The notes under the pieces are model-generated. The model made no database searches. It saw only the letters and a program-made list of their open reading frames with translations, and was not told the DNA's origin. A program made the position numbers and the translations under genes. A stretch of 64,000 nt of DNA, taken from NCBI RefSeq assembly GCF_009914755.1, contig NC_060926.1. The stretch is one strand, 5' to 3'. Positions 42,700 through 54,377 of this stretch are shown piece after piece. The DNA comes from the human T2T-CHM13v2.0 reference genome, Homo sapiens. Every line of letters starts with the position of its first letter. Position 1 is the first letter of the stretch.

Positions 42700-44620
42700 G
42701 CTCACCTACTGCGCTTCCAACTGGGCCATCTACCTTTTCCGCCGGGTCAGGCCCAGTCAAGCCTGAGGAGGCGGCCGCGGCCCTCGTGAGCCCGCTCTAG
42801 GCCCGGTTACACCTGTTTATCACCAAGTCGCTTCATTTCCCTTCCCCTCCTCCCTGCTTGAAAAGGAGCATTAATTAAACCGGTAAACAAGCCGGCTCCC
42901 ATTCTAAATCAGAGCTGCAGGCAAAGGAGAGATAACTTAGGCTCCGGAGAAGAGGGATTTTCAGTTAATTTATGGAATCCACCGTCACACTCTCTCCGAG
43001 CAGCCAGCTCCCCGCTTAACGGGGAAATTGAAGCAGACAGCCTTTGTCTAAACACTTCTTTTGCCCAGAATATCTTAATTTTCCTATTTGAATGTTTAAT
43101 AAGGTTTGGGGTGCAGCAGCTTCCTTTTAATTGTGACGGTGCGGCCGCTTGGGCGTGATCCCTTGGCTGGGGCTGCAGGGGGCCCGTCCTCCAGGGGCGC
43201 AGAGGGAAGGACCAGCGTTTCCAAGCCGGGCTCTGGCCGCCGGCGCGAGAGCGAGGCCAAGGTCTGGGGGCAGTTCAGGGGGACCCCGAAGTCGGGACGG
43301 CCCAGAAACGCTTTGCCCACAGCCACCGCCCTTTCCTTTGTGAGTTTCCCCAAAGCCGTCGGTGCGACCCGGCGCCGACTCTCCTCCTCTTCTCCCTGCG
43401 AGGGCCCGCGCCGCCCGGGCCCAGTCCTGGGGGATAGATCCCTCGGGGCCCAACGGCTGGGCCACCGCCGGTCTCCGGCCACTGCTGCGAGGACAGGCGC
43501 TGCCTAACTAATTTCTCCTCTAAGGGGGCTGTGCGTGCGTCTCCTTCCCAACTGATGTCTGGAATTTCACAGTGTAAGTGGGATTCCCACTGAAATTGTA
43601 GTTTTCCTAAGATTACAGACAGTCCAAGAAAAACAGCTCGGTACGTCTTTGTCATTTCCTCTGTAAACCTTCAGGAAACAACACAGGAACGTCTTACATA
43701 GACTTCAAGTCAGCCTGCTTTTCCGGGTGGCGTATCCAGTAATCATGTTGACAAATTAATGGTAGAGAATTAGTTGTACATTAAAGATTTAAATTATATT
43801 ATGCAGCACATTGTCATAAAGTGATATAAAACAATAGGAAAATAAATGTAAATGAATTCAAGTTACTGACATGTAAAACGCCAGACTGACATCTGTACAC
43901 TTAGCTACTCGCTCAGCCGCGGTGGCGGGGCCCGCGCGGTCCCTCCGCAGACTCGCGGGCCGGGGGAGGCCCTGCTGCGGCGCCGCGGCGTACCAAGGGT
44001 TAAGCGGCGCGGCTCGCGGCCCTCCCGGCTCCCCTCCCCTGCGTGTTGATTTTCAGGCCCACCGAGCCGCCCGAGAAAGTTTTCAATTCGATGGGGCTGC
44101 AGCGTCTCAGGGGCTGAGCTCCTTAGAAAGCTTCGGGGGCCCCCGAGGGCCGCCTTGCGGGGAGGGGGCGGCTGCCCCGTCCGGGACCCGCTAATTACAG
44201 GGATTCGGTTTCCCCGCTCTGAAGGAATGCATTACCTGCAGCAAAGGAGGCGCGGCCTCTCAGGAAGGCCCCGAGAGGAAGCTGAATGCCCCAGTGCATT
44301 CCAGCCCCATCCCTAGGTTTATACCCGCAACCTCAGCCCATGCTGAGAGACTAATCGCTGGGCCATTGTCAGGGCTGTTGTCCAATCAGCCCCTGAATAG
44401 GAAAACTTCACAATGCCGAGTATGAATTAGAGGGGAACAAATGTGGATGCAGACTTTTTTTGCAACAATACCTAACTGAGCCTTTCAGACAGGACAACGG
44501 ATGCACAAAAGCTCGACGGAAATTGGAGTAACTTTTGGAGGCCCTTGTAGCTGCCGTCAATAAGCGTCAGCCCCATAATGGCGGCTGCGCCTCCGCCACC
44601 AATTCCCCCCCAACGCTTTT
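42700..44620. promoter_or_regulatory. Bipartite orphan CpG island (GC cores ~43130-43540 and ~43900-44280)
   Basis: Very high CpG density in non-repeat DNA; CCAATCAG 44382; ATAATGGCGGC 44575; no coding exon. Confidence 0.8.
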
Positions 44621-44649
44621 TTTTTTTTTTTTTTTTTTTTTTGTGAGAT

Positions 44650-46900
44650 GGACCAGTTGTTCATGGGGTGGGGGCAAACTGTTGTAAAAATTGGGCATTT
44701 TTGTTGTCCTTGTCTTGGAAACGGTGGCTCTCTGTTGAACGCAGCCAAATGGATTGTCTCTTCCTGACGTGGATTGTAGATTTGGTCATTATCTAGCCCA
44801 CATAAAGTACTGACAATGTCCCCTCCCTCCGTCTGCCCACCCCCAAAAGAACAGAATAGCTTCTTGAGCTGTACAAATGTCAGGTCTCTGTTTTAAAATT
44901 TAGCTTTGTTTACCCAACAGAATGGAATTCATTACTGTGTAAAAGTGGCTCCATTTTCTGATCTTTTTATTCAAAATGTTGAGAGTATCAAAAAGCTCAT
45001 TTGAAGGTCACAGGTTTATGTATCTATTCTCTTAAGTGTTTTAGAAATTCATAGGGAGGACACAAAAGGTGGAAAATGTGAAAACATACTGTTCATTGTT
45101 TATCCTAACCTTGCCATGGTTATTAGATAAATGAGTGTAGGGGAAAAAATGGCATTAAAAGCCATTGTGAACTGGGAATTTTTTTCCCCTGAAGACTGTT
45201 AATTTTAGCCCTTGATCTGTACAGGTCAATTTCTAATTCTTTTTACTGTGCAGTTTATATAACTTCTGCATTTCAAGTCTATAAAAAGCTTTTGCAGACT
45301 TTTCATAATGTAAGTAGCAATTTATTTCATTATGGTCTGAATTTTTTATGTAATTCCTATGGACATTCTGATGAAATTGTCAGGCTTAAAAGCTGTAGTG
45401 CTTTTCATTTGGGGATATGTGGACTTTTTTTTTTTTTTTTTTTGCTCCGGTCCATTCTTGCTGGATAATTTAAAATTAGAAAGATTAATCAGTTCAGTGA
45501 TTTAAAAGACCACACTTTGGTTGGAACAAGGTCTGAGGCAAAATCATTTTTTTATTAGTAAATGATTTAAAAGGTCTTTTCAGCTAGTTATCTGAAGCTG
45601 ATATTTAACTGTTACTTATTCCACTAATTTCTATCTTTTGTTAAAAGAACTTTCCAGCCTAAATCTCCTCGCTCTGTCCCATGCTAATTGCAGCTTACAT
45701 TATATAAATGGCTTTGTAAAGAAAACTATAACTCCAAACCTTGAAAGTTGCGTGTTTCTATTTGCTCAAACTTGATGCACTTGTTTGAAGAGGGTCATTG
45801 CAGGGAGAGCTGTGTAGCCTGTAAGAATGTCCTGGATAACAAGCTTAAACAGAACCTTTTGTTGTGCCTAGTATTCTCAGGACTCCAAAATGAGGCCTCC
45901 TTTTTCTAACTGTGGGCTGAAGTGGTTCATTACTGCTGTTTCCTCCGCCAGGCCAGGGCTCAGCCATTCCCACTACTGAAGGTCTGTAACTTCCTTAAAA
46001 AGGAAGAAGGAAAACATGGCCCAGAAAGGTCTTGTTAGCACTTCCTATGTGAAATTAGCAGCTTTCTAAAAGGTACAACTCCAATTACCTCACATTGTGG
46101 AGGCGAGCACAAACTCAACAATATGCACAGCCCAGCAAGTGACATTCTGTCTTTCTAGAGTTACTTCCCTAATTAGGAATGAAGAAGCTCTATTCTGCTG
46201 AGTGCATCTATTTACAGTGGCCACAATGCTTTAACTTGAGCATCCTTCTCAAAGACCAGTGTTAAAAAACACAAGTGCTCTTTTCGCCGAGCAGGCTATG
46301 GTGAGGCGACACATTCCTAACGGTTACGCCCTCGGGGGGGGGAGAAGAAAAAGTGTAGCTGCTTTGGCAGCATTGTTAACACTTCAGGATTCATTTTCCA
46401 CAATAACGCCCCTGCCCAGAGAGCTCTGGGAATTACAGTGGACAATGGGGAGGCATTCTTAGGAGGGTCTAATGATGGAATAAAAAGAAAAATATTTATT
46501 GCTTTTGACAGTTCCACAAGGGGCAAAAATCCTTGTCGTGGCTAAAGTTTCCCTAGCTGTTGGAGGAAGGCGGCTCACTGGGACTCAAACAGTTCCACTT
46601 CCTTTGTTAGGAGGCTGAGTACCAGGGCCAAGCTGGGAAATTAAAGATTAAGTTCATTAAGGTAAGATAATTGTGCGGAGGCATTGTTGTTGATACAGGT
46701 GGAGTGATAGGGGCTGGGGTAGGAAGCCCATTTACATGTAGGGACGACCCATTAAACAGGCTTAACAGACGTGCGAGGCAAATATGTTTATTATTTGCCT
46801 GATGGCTGACCTATGCTTTCACTGTTGCATTAGTCAACGGCCCCCCCCCCCGCAAAGGAGGGCCAGGACTCCCTGCCGGGAACCAGGTGGAAGTGAAGGC
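44650..46900. promoter_or_regulatory. Candidate conserved enhancer flanking the CpG island
   Basis: Repeat-free, AT-rich; many TAAT/ATTA and CATTGT/ACAATG motifs. Confidence 0.5.
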
Positions 46901-49900
46901 AAAACAGTCTCCAGCGAGCAAAGATACAGTCCTGTGGGCCCTTGGGGAAGACTGGCCTTTCTCCTCCCTCCAATGTCCTGTTACCCTGCTACCCGAGAGG
47001 ACCAACGCCCCTCCAGCTAAGGAGAGGAGACAGTGCTCTCCCACCTGAGGGATGTCTTTAAATCTTTCTGGATGCTGACAGGAAACATTTGTGCAGAAGC
47101 GCCCTTTGGATGTCCTTCTTAAAGAAGACCTCACGCTCTCTTTTCTCCCTCTGATAGGAGGGAGATACCCTGATTTTCCATCAGGGAGCTTCTCAAACGC
47201 TTCCTTCCCCAGTGTTACTGACCTCCTCAGAATCTGACTTCGGGAATCTGGGCTGCCTACCTTCCATTTCATTCTTCTAAGAAAAACAAACCAAACATCA
47301 TTCCCTGTCCCTGCCCTATCTGTCCCACACGCACAGATCCACCCTGCTTTGTTATTGAAAACTGGAGTTTGGCTTTGTTGGGAAGAGCTCCACCCTGCCC
47401 CCTTCCCAACTTGGAGACCTATAAATACTGAGAACTTTAGAAAAACAAACAAAAGTATGGGATGGATGGTGGAATTTTGGGGAGCATGGGGGTCCAAGGG
47501 AGGGAGAAGGTGGAGAGAGAGGTGCCCAGACTGTGCCCAAGTGGCTGAGAATGTGCCCGGTGCAGTGTTCAAGAAAATTATTTCTTCACAAGCACCCTTA
47601 TTTTTGCTGTGTCTTGGGCAGGAGGAGAAAGATCTGCATTTACTTTTGTTGGGGTCACTAGTTCATCATCTCTGGTTCCTGCACTTATTTTTTCTATTTC
47701 TGGTGAGGAACTGAGAAACACAGTTAAGGGTTGGAGATGTCTTTGATAATAGATATCCCGAAAGAAATTCACTTGTTTATTTGCGTGATAGGGTCACCTC
47801 TTACACAAAAACTCACCTGCCGTCCTCTCTTTCCCCTCCTGCCCTCCCTCCAGTCCCCCAGGGAGGAAAATGAACAGTGGCATAATGATTTTGGTAAATA
47901 GAATTCTTTTTAAAGCCATCTGATCACGGGGAGACATTCTGAGAAGACCCTAGGGTTTAGTCAGTGCTGATGTGTAAAAAAAAAAAAAAAAAAAAAGACT
48001 TAATTTCAGAGAGGTTTTTTAAAAATATATGTAGATGCAATCACATGGTGAGAAGAGTTTCAGGAGTTAAGAATAAACGTATTTTGATTCATTCAGATTC
48101 TATGATCTCTCCCTACTTGTTGCTGCTGTTATTTTCTCTGAACGGAAAGATTGTTGATTTCCTTTAGCTCACCAAGCATCCATATTGTAGAGTGATGCGG
48201 AGAGTCCTTTGGTTATTTTCATAGATTATATCAGAGAAGTTTTTGAATGAAGCATTCTCAGTATTATGTATCTGTGGGTTTGAGTAGAACTTGAAGTAAT
48301 TCTCAAGCAAGCAAGCAACATTTACCAATGTTTTTCTCCTCTTGTGTTGATGTCAGGAGTTCTTTTTATTTATTTCTATAAAGCGTCCTTTGTCCTTGAG
48401 AATGTTGAATAGACTTCTTACAAAAGTTATCAGAGGCCAGTCTGATAAATCAGACGAGAAATTAGGAACATCTGAGTTATTTTCTAAGATGGGTTAATGA
48501 AGAGATGAGGATTTGCATTTTCTTTTAAAGACCTAAGGAGGGAGGCAGGGTCCTCGGCTGTCACATTGTGATTTACCAGAAAGCAGAAAGGAAAATTTCA
48601 TACACACCAGATTCCAGGCTGCAGGTTACTCGGAATGTATTAACTTTTTGAGAACAAGTGTGTAATCACTGGCCTTTAACGACTAAAAATGAAGTTTGAA
48701 AACCTTGTACAATGTCCTCAGAATGTTTGTGTGCAAGGAAACATTTATCTCCATAAACAGCCCTTTAACGGAAAAGAAAAACTGTTTTGCCAATAATCAG
48801 AAACGAAAAGATTGCTCTCTAAACTGGAAGAAACGACATTTATATTTTCAACCCTACTGAACTACTGAATTGAGATTGTTAAGAGGCTTTTTCTTTACTG
48901 CATTAAAAAAAATAGCCTGTCATCACATTGTCATAAAAGGAGGGAAGTCTCGTTTTGGAAATTATTTACAAGTTTGACGTCCTTAGAAATACCACCTTGA
49001 ATCTGGAACTGTGATTAAAGTTGGTGAAAGGATGGGAGTGGAGAGACTGCACGTCTGTGTTCTGGCACTTGGAACATTTCTCGGATGGGGAAGAAACCCG
49101 GAGACTTCTTTCTCTTCCTTCCCTTTACAGTGTGATGGGAACATGGTGGGGGGCGCAAACTGGAGCAGCCAGGGAGGGGTCTGCAAAGCCCTGTAAACAC
49201 CTCTCACTAAGCCATGAGTCCTTTACATATTTCAGGCTATTATTTGCATCACAGTTTCTGGAAATTCCGTTGTAACTTTTAAATTTTATCTATTAAATAC
49301 TGATTTTCGTTTTTAAATAAAAAACTTCCTACTTTATGTTTTTAAAAATTTTTAAATAAAAAACATAAAAATGTTTATGGGCTCTTTTGTACTTTACAGT
49401 GGATATGAAAAAATGAGAATATACCTTGTTGAATTTAATGAAAGGTTGCTATTTCCTAGTCTGTGCAGTTCTTTTAAAAATGGAGGTGAAATTTACATAA
49501 CATCACATTAAACATTTTAAAATGTACAATTCAGTGTTATTTAGTACATTCACAATGTTTATCTGTAGTTTACTTTCTAGTTATAATTTTAGTTACAGAA
49601 TCACCAACAAGTATTTGTAGAATTGTTATTAAATATTAATATTCATTCAACAAACATTTATTGAGCAAATTGTTACAAGAATGGCACTAGGCTAAGCCAT
49701 ATGGGGTTTATAAAAATGAAAAAGGACTATCATATCCTCATATTTTTTTTAATCTACGAGAGGTTGTGCTAAAGGCATCAACAACTTTATTCTGGAAATA
49801 TTTATTGAATTTATTAATAAACATTATTTGGCCCCACAGAGTCTTATCATTCTAAAACATCACAATATTGCTAAACATTTCTCAGCAACAATAGCCAATA

Positions 49901-50381
49901 TAATTAAACTACCTACAAAGAGTTGAGAATATTTACTGTACTATATTTCTCAGAGTGATTTTATTTTCTCTGACACATTCCAGAGTTTTCAAAACTTATA
50001 ATACGTAAGTTGGACTTGGTTCAGTATGTTTGCTTTGATGGGCATTGACTTTGTTTGGCTAGGTCTATTATTTCAAAGTGAAAATTTCTGTGTAGTTTTT
50101 TGTCAAACTCCAGCTTATATGGCTGAAAGAGGGTAGCAGGAGGCTCCAAGAGGATAGAAGTCACTTAACTTTGCTGGAAAAGCCATGCATGTTTCTCAAG
50201 GGACTCTAAGGCAAATGGTTCAGCACACTAGAAGAGTAGTAATATAGGTAATGAACCCAAGAATATTTTTAGCCGCAACTAGTTTTTAAAGATTGAAATT
50301 GTTTAATGTTAAAAAAAATGCTCTGTTAAAGCATTTATCTTTTCCTTGAAGGTATCTGTCCTTCAAGTAGAATCTGAATTT

Positions 50382-50422
50382 TGATGATGATGATGATGAT
50401 GTTGATGATGGTGGTGGTGCTG
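50382..50422. repeat. (TGA)n(TGG)n compound trinucleotide repeat
   Basis: Read directly. Confidence 0.85.
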
Positions 50423-51762
50423 GTCCTGAGGTAAGGGAGTTGGCACAAAGGAAACGTGACAAAGACCTCGTCTCATTAAGGCTAGTTGATACAACTTTGT
50501 GTGATCAGTTAGTGAAGGGTCTTCTTTGGCCTCCAATATAGGAAGAAAATAACAAATGGACAAATATTAATTGAGTCGCCTTTCAGGAAAGGCTTTGCGT
50601 AGCTTCATTTGGGGGAATAAGCGCAGTAGTGAAAAGAGCTCGATGGTTGGGAGTTCCAGTCCTAGTTCTGCCACTTTCTAGTTGGGTACTTTTTGGCAAA
50701 TTACTTGTCTGCTCTGAGCCTCAATTTCTTCATCTGGAGGGACAGTAATAGCTGCCTTGCATGGTCCCCTGTGAGGATCAGCACTAGTATGATGCTAAGT
50801 ACATCCTCCATTCTCAATAAATCAGTAATTGCTGAGACAAATACACATACCAGGTCTGCTTGCCATGCCTTTCAATGACAGAACAAAGTAGAACATTCCA
50901 CCGGGACAAGCAAAGCACCTTTTGGTGTGAGTTTTGCAAACCATAAAACATCAAATTAATTTCTCATAGTGTGTATGACTATGAATGGAGGCATGGAGGC
51001 TTCAGAATTAGTATTTTGAATGGGAATGTTAGAATCTATACCTCTGTTGAATACCATCTCTTGCTGCCACTGAAAGCTTACAAATACTACCTGAAAAATT
51101 ACATCAATTTGCCATCAGACTGGAACCATCAATTTATGCCTGAAATGTGTCAAAATGTTGGGTATTTCTATAATGATAAAAATGATTGGAATTGCCATGT
51201 TTAATTAAAATGTTAATCCACTGTCATCTTAAATGATCTCTATTTACAGAGAATTTTCTGTTTGCTGTTAAGATGTTTTATTATTAAACATAAACCTTGC
51301 TGTTTAGCCAATGCCTGACACTAACTTAAGGAAGAGGTGACAATCTTCCAGGAGTGGGGAGAGGTGACCCCTTCATCAGGAGAGTGTCTCGTATAGGTTG
51401 GAGGAGGAGTGACTGCTGCGTGGGAGCCAGAAAGACCACCCTGGCTCTCAAATCCTCCACAGCCTCTGCTCCCTTATGTTCAAGATCTTTTAATGGTAGA
51501 GTTGACTGAAATGCAAATATTTTTGGAAAAAGGAACACCAAAGTTTGAATTTGCAAAAGGATGTAAGATGCCCAATACCAACCCCTTTTCTGGGAATGAG
51601 GTTGAGAGGTTTGAGGGTTACAAAATGGGAAGAAGTCTATCTGCAGAATTTATAATTGGCTGAAATTGACCTGAATCCGAGGAAAACTAGATTTCCTCTG
51701 TGTGTGTTGGTGGGAAGGTGGGTGAGTGAGGAGCAAGGGGCACTGAAACTTTGTGCCCCCCC

Positions 51763-52063
<301 letters not shown>

Positions 52064-52622
52064 GAAATTTTGCCCTTAGGGAACTGATATTATGTCTACT
52101 TTCTGGCCCAGGGGATGGCTGGGTACAGGAGCAGTCTCCCTTGAGGTACAAGAAGAGATCCGGAAAGAGATGTGGGAAGAGATTTGGAATAATTACAAGG
52201 GTCCCTGCTTGGTGTGGCCGCCATCTTAGATTGGATGTAGTCCGTTCTGCCTGGGTTACTCTGTACAAGTACCCTTCCCGTGTGACTCTTCCAGAACTTG
52301 GAGGATGTCTCCACTACACTGCGCCTTCCCTCCCTCTCCAGATGGCCACACTCCCTCCACACCTTGGTTAATGCAGCGCCCCCTCCCGCCCCCGGGTGGG
52401 CTGCTCCTCTGACTTCACTGGACTCACTTCCTCCTGTGATTTGCAGTTCCCCTCCCAGCCCATTGCTTCTTGGGGTGGTGGCTCCGTGATAGGACACCCG
52501 CCACCCACTTCCCACTCAAGCCTTTGTCCCATGCTACTCTGTGCAGCGTGGGCACTTTCTTCCTGGCCTGCAGGACAGCTCCACAGCAGGTGGCGGTGCA
52601 GCCGGTCAGCCTCAGGCCCACA

Positions 52623-52678
52623 CGTCCCCTGCGTCCCCTGCGTCCCCTGCGTCCCCTGCGTCCCCTGCGTCCCCTGCG
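52623..52678. repeat. (CGTCCCCTG)6 perfect 9-bp tandem repeat
   Basis: Six exact copies read directly. Confidence 0.95.
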
Positions 52679-52839
52679 GAGCTACTGTGCTTGTGAGGCT
52701 CCTGGAGCCCTGCCCTTCCCGCCGTTAGCCTGTTCTGCTTAAAGTTCTTCCTCCATCTCCCCCAGCCAAATCCTACTCAAGTCATACCTCCTCCGTGATG
52801 CCTTACTTGACCTTTCCAGCCTTCTCTGGATAACAATCA

Positions 52840-53611
52840 TTTTTCCGAAATTGCGGTAAAAATACATAACACAAAATCTACCCTTCAGAAACCTTGTTCC
52901 CACTGAACACTTACGTCCACTCCCCCAAGCCCCTAGTCCCCTCTAATCTGCTCTCTGTCTCTATAAATTTGCCTATTCTAGGGATCTTATATAAGTGGAA
53001 TCAAAATATTTGCCCTTTTGTGTCTAGCATATTCTTTTTTAAAAAACTGAGATAGGGTCTCACTCTATTGCACAGGCTGGAGTATAGTGGTGTGCTAATG
53101 GCTCACTGCAGCCTCGACCTTCCAGGCTCAAGGGATCCTCCCACCTCAGCCTCCTGAGTGGCTGAGACTGCAGGCTCGCACCATCATGCCCAGCTAATTT
53201 TTAAATATTTTGTAGAGATGGGGCCTCACTGTGTTGCCTGGGCTTGTCTCAAACTCCTGGGCTCAAGCAATCCTTCCACCTTGGCATCCCCAAGTGCTGG
53301 AATTACAGATGTAAGCCACAACATCTGGCCATGTATTTCACTTAGCATAATGTCTTCAAGGTTTGTCATGTAGCATATGTCAGAGTTTCATTCTTTTTTA
53401 AGGCTGAATAATATTCCTTTGTGTGTATGTACTACATATTGTATGTTCATTCATATGTGCTGGACATTTGGGTTGTTGTGAGTAATGCTACTATTAACAT
53501 TGGTATACAAATTTGAATCCCTGTTTTCTGTTCTTTTGGGTATATACCTAGGAGTGGAATTGCTCCATCATATGGTAATTCTATATTTAACTTTTTGAGG
53601 AGCTTCCAAAC
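52840..53611 (-). mobile_element. L1MB-like 3' fragment with nested AluJ (~53035-53330, -)
   Basis: aatacataacacaaaatctacc ... tatatacctaggagtggaattgct...tttttgaggagcttccaaac. Confidence 0.8.
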
Positions 53612-54205
53612 AATAATCATTTTGAGAGTGAACGATAGTTCACATTCACATGGCACCTTATGGTTTACCAAGTGCTGGCTGGTCCATTGGCTTCTCAGAA
53701 CAAGCCTGTTTGACAAGTACTGTCATTAACATCACCTTTACTCAGGTGAAGCAAGTGAGGCTCAGAGAGGTTCAGTGACTTTATGAGTCACAGAACACAT
53801 TGATGGGGACTTTACCTCAAAGTAAAATTGTGTGACTGTGCTACCATAAGTTTTCCAAGGCTGCATGCTACCGTATAGTGTTCCCTCATTGCTTTATCCC
53901 AATGCTAGAGTAACCCTTAAGTCACCATGATTATGAATGTGTCTTGACTCCCTCGCCAGGCTGCCAACCTCAAGGACAGGGGCTATGTCATGATTGTCTC
54001 TCCCATACTGTGCAAGGGCTGATACATAATAGGCTCGCAATAAATGTCAGTTGAATGAATAAGTGAATGAGTGGGTTCTTTATGGAGAGGGAGGTGAAAA
54101 GAGGGAGGAATGCCCCAGAGGGCTTCATGGCACCTTTCTGTTCTGCCCCAGACACAGAGGTGGAGCTGATGTCTTTGCATTGGCAGTGACCTCCACCATC
54201 AGTGG

Positions 54206-54377
54206 GAAGGTTATCAGAGAGAATACAGGACTCCCAGTTAAACTTGAATTTCAGATAACTGATGAATAATTTTCTTTAGTATAATACATGCTTATATGAA
54301 AAACTTATTCATTGTTTATCTGAAATTCAAATTTAACTGGGCATCCTGTATTTTTATTTGCTAAACTGGCAGCCCTA
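54206..54377. mobile_element. MER53 palindromic MITE
   Basis: aatacaggactcccagttaaacttgaatttcagataa ... ttatctgaaattcaaatttaactgggcatcctgtatt inverted arms; TSD atcagtgg/atcactag. Confidence 0.85.

Noticed and set aside
43096-44194. Multiple ORFs in the CpG island
   Set aside because: Same GC artefact; no homeodomain or other recognisable protein, so not SIX3/SIX2 coding sequence.
46811-47572. Longest ORF (253 aa, - strand)
   Set aside because: Non-ATG start, no recognisable domain and no supporting exon structure; consistent with chance.
49333-49370. AT-rich imperfect inverted repeat
   Set aside because: Low complexity; expected by chance.
50363-50563. Poly-His ORF
   Set aside because: Translation of a (TGA/TGG)n microsatellite.
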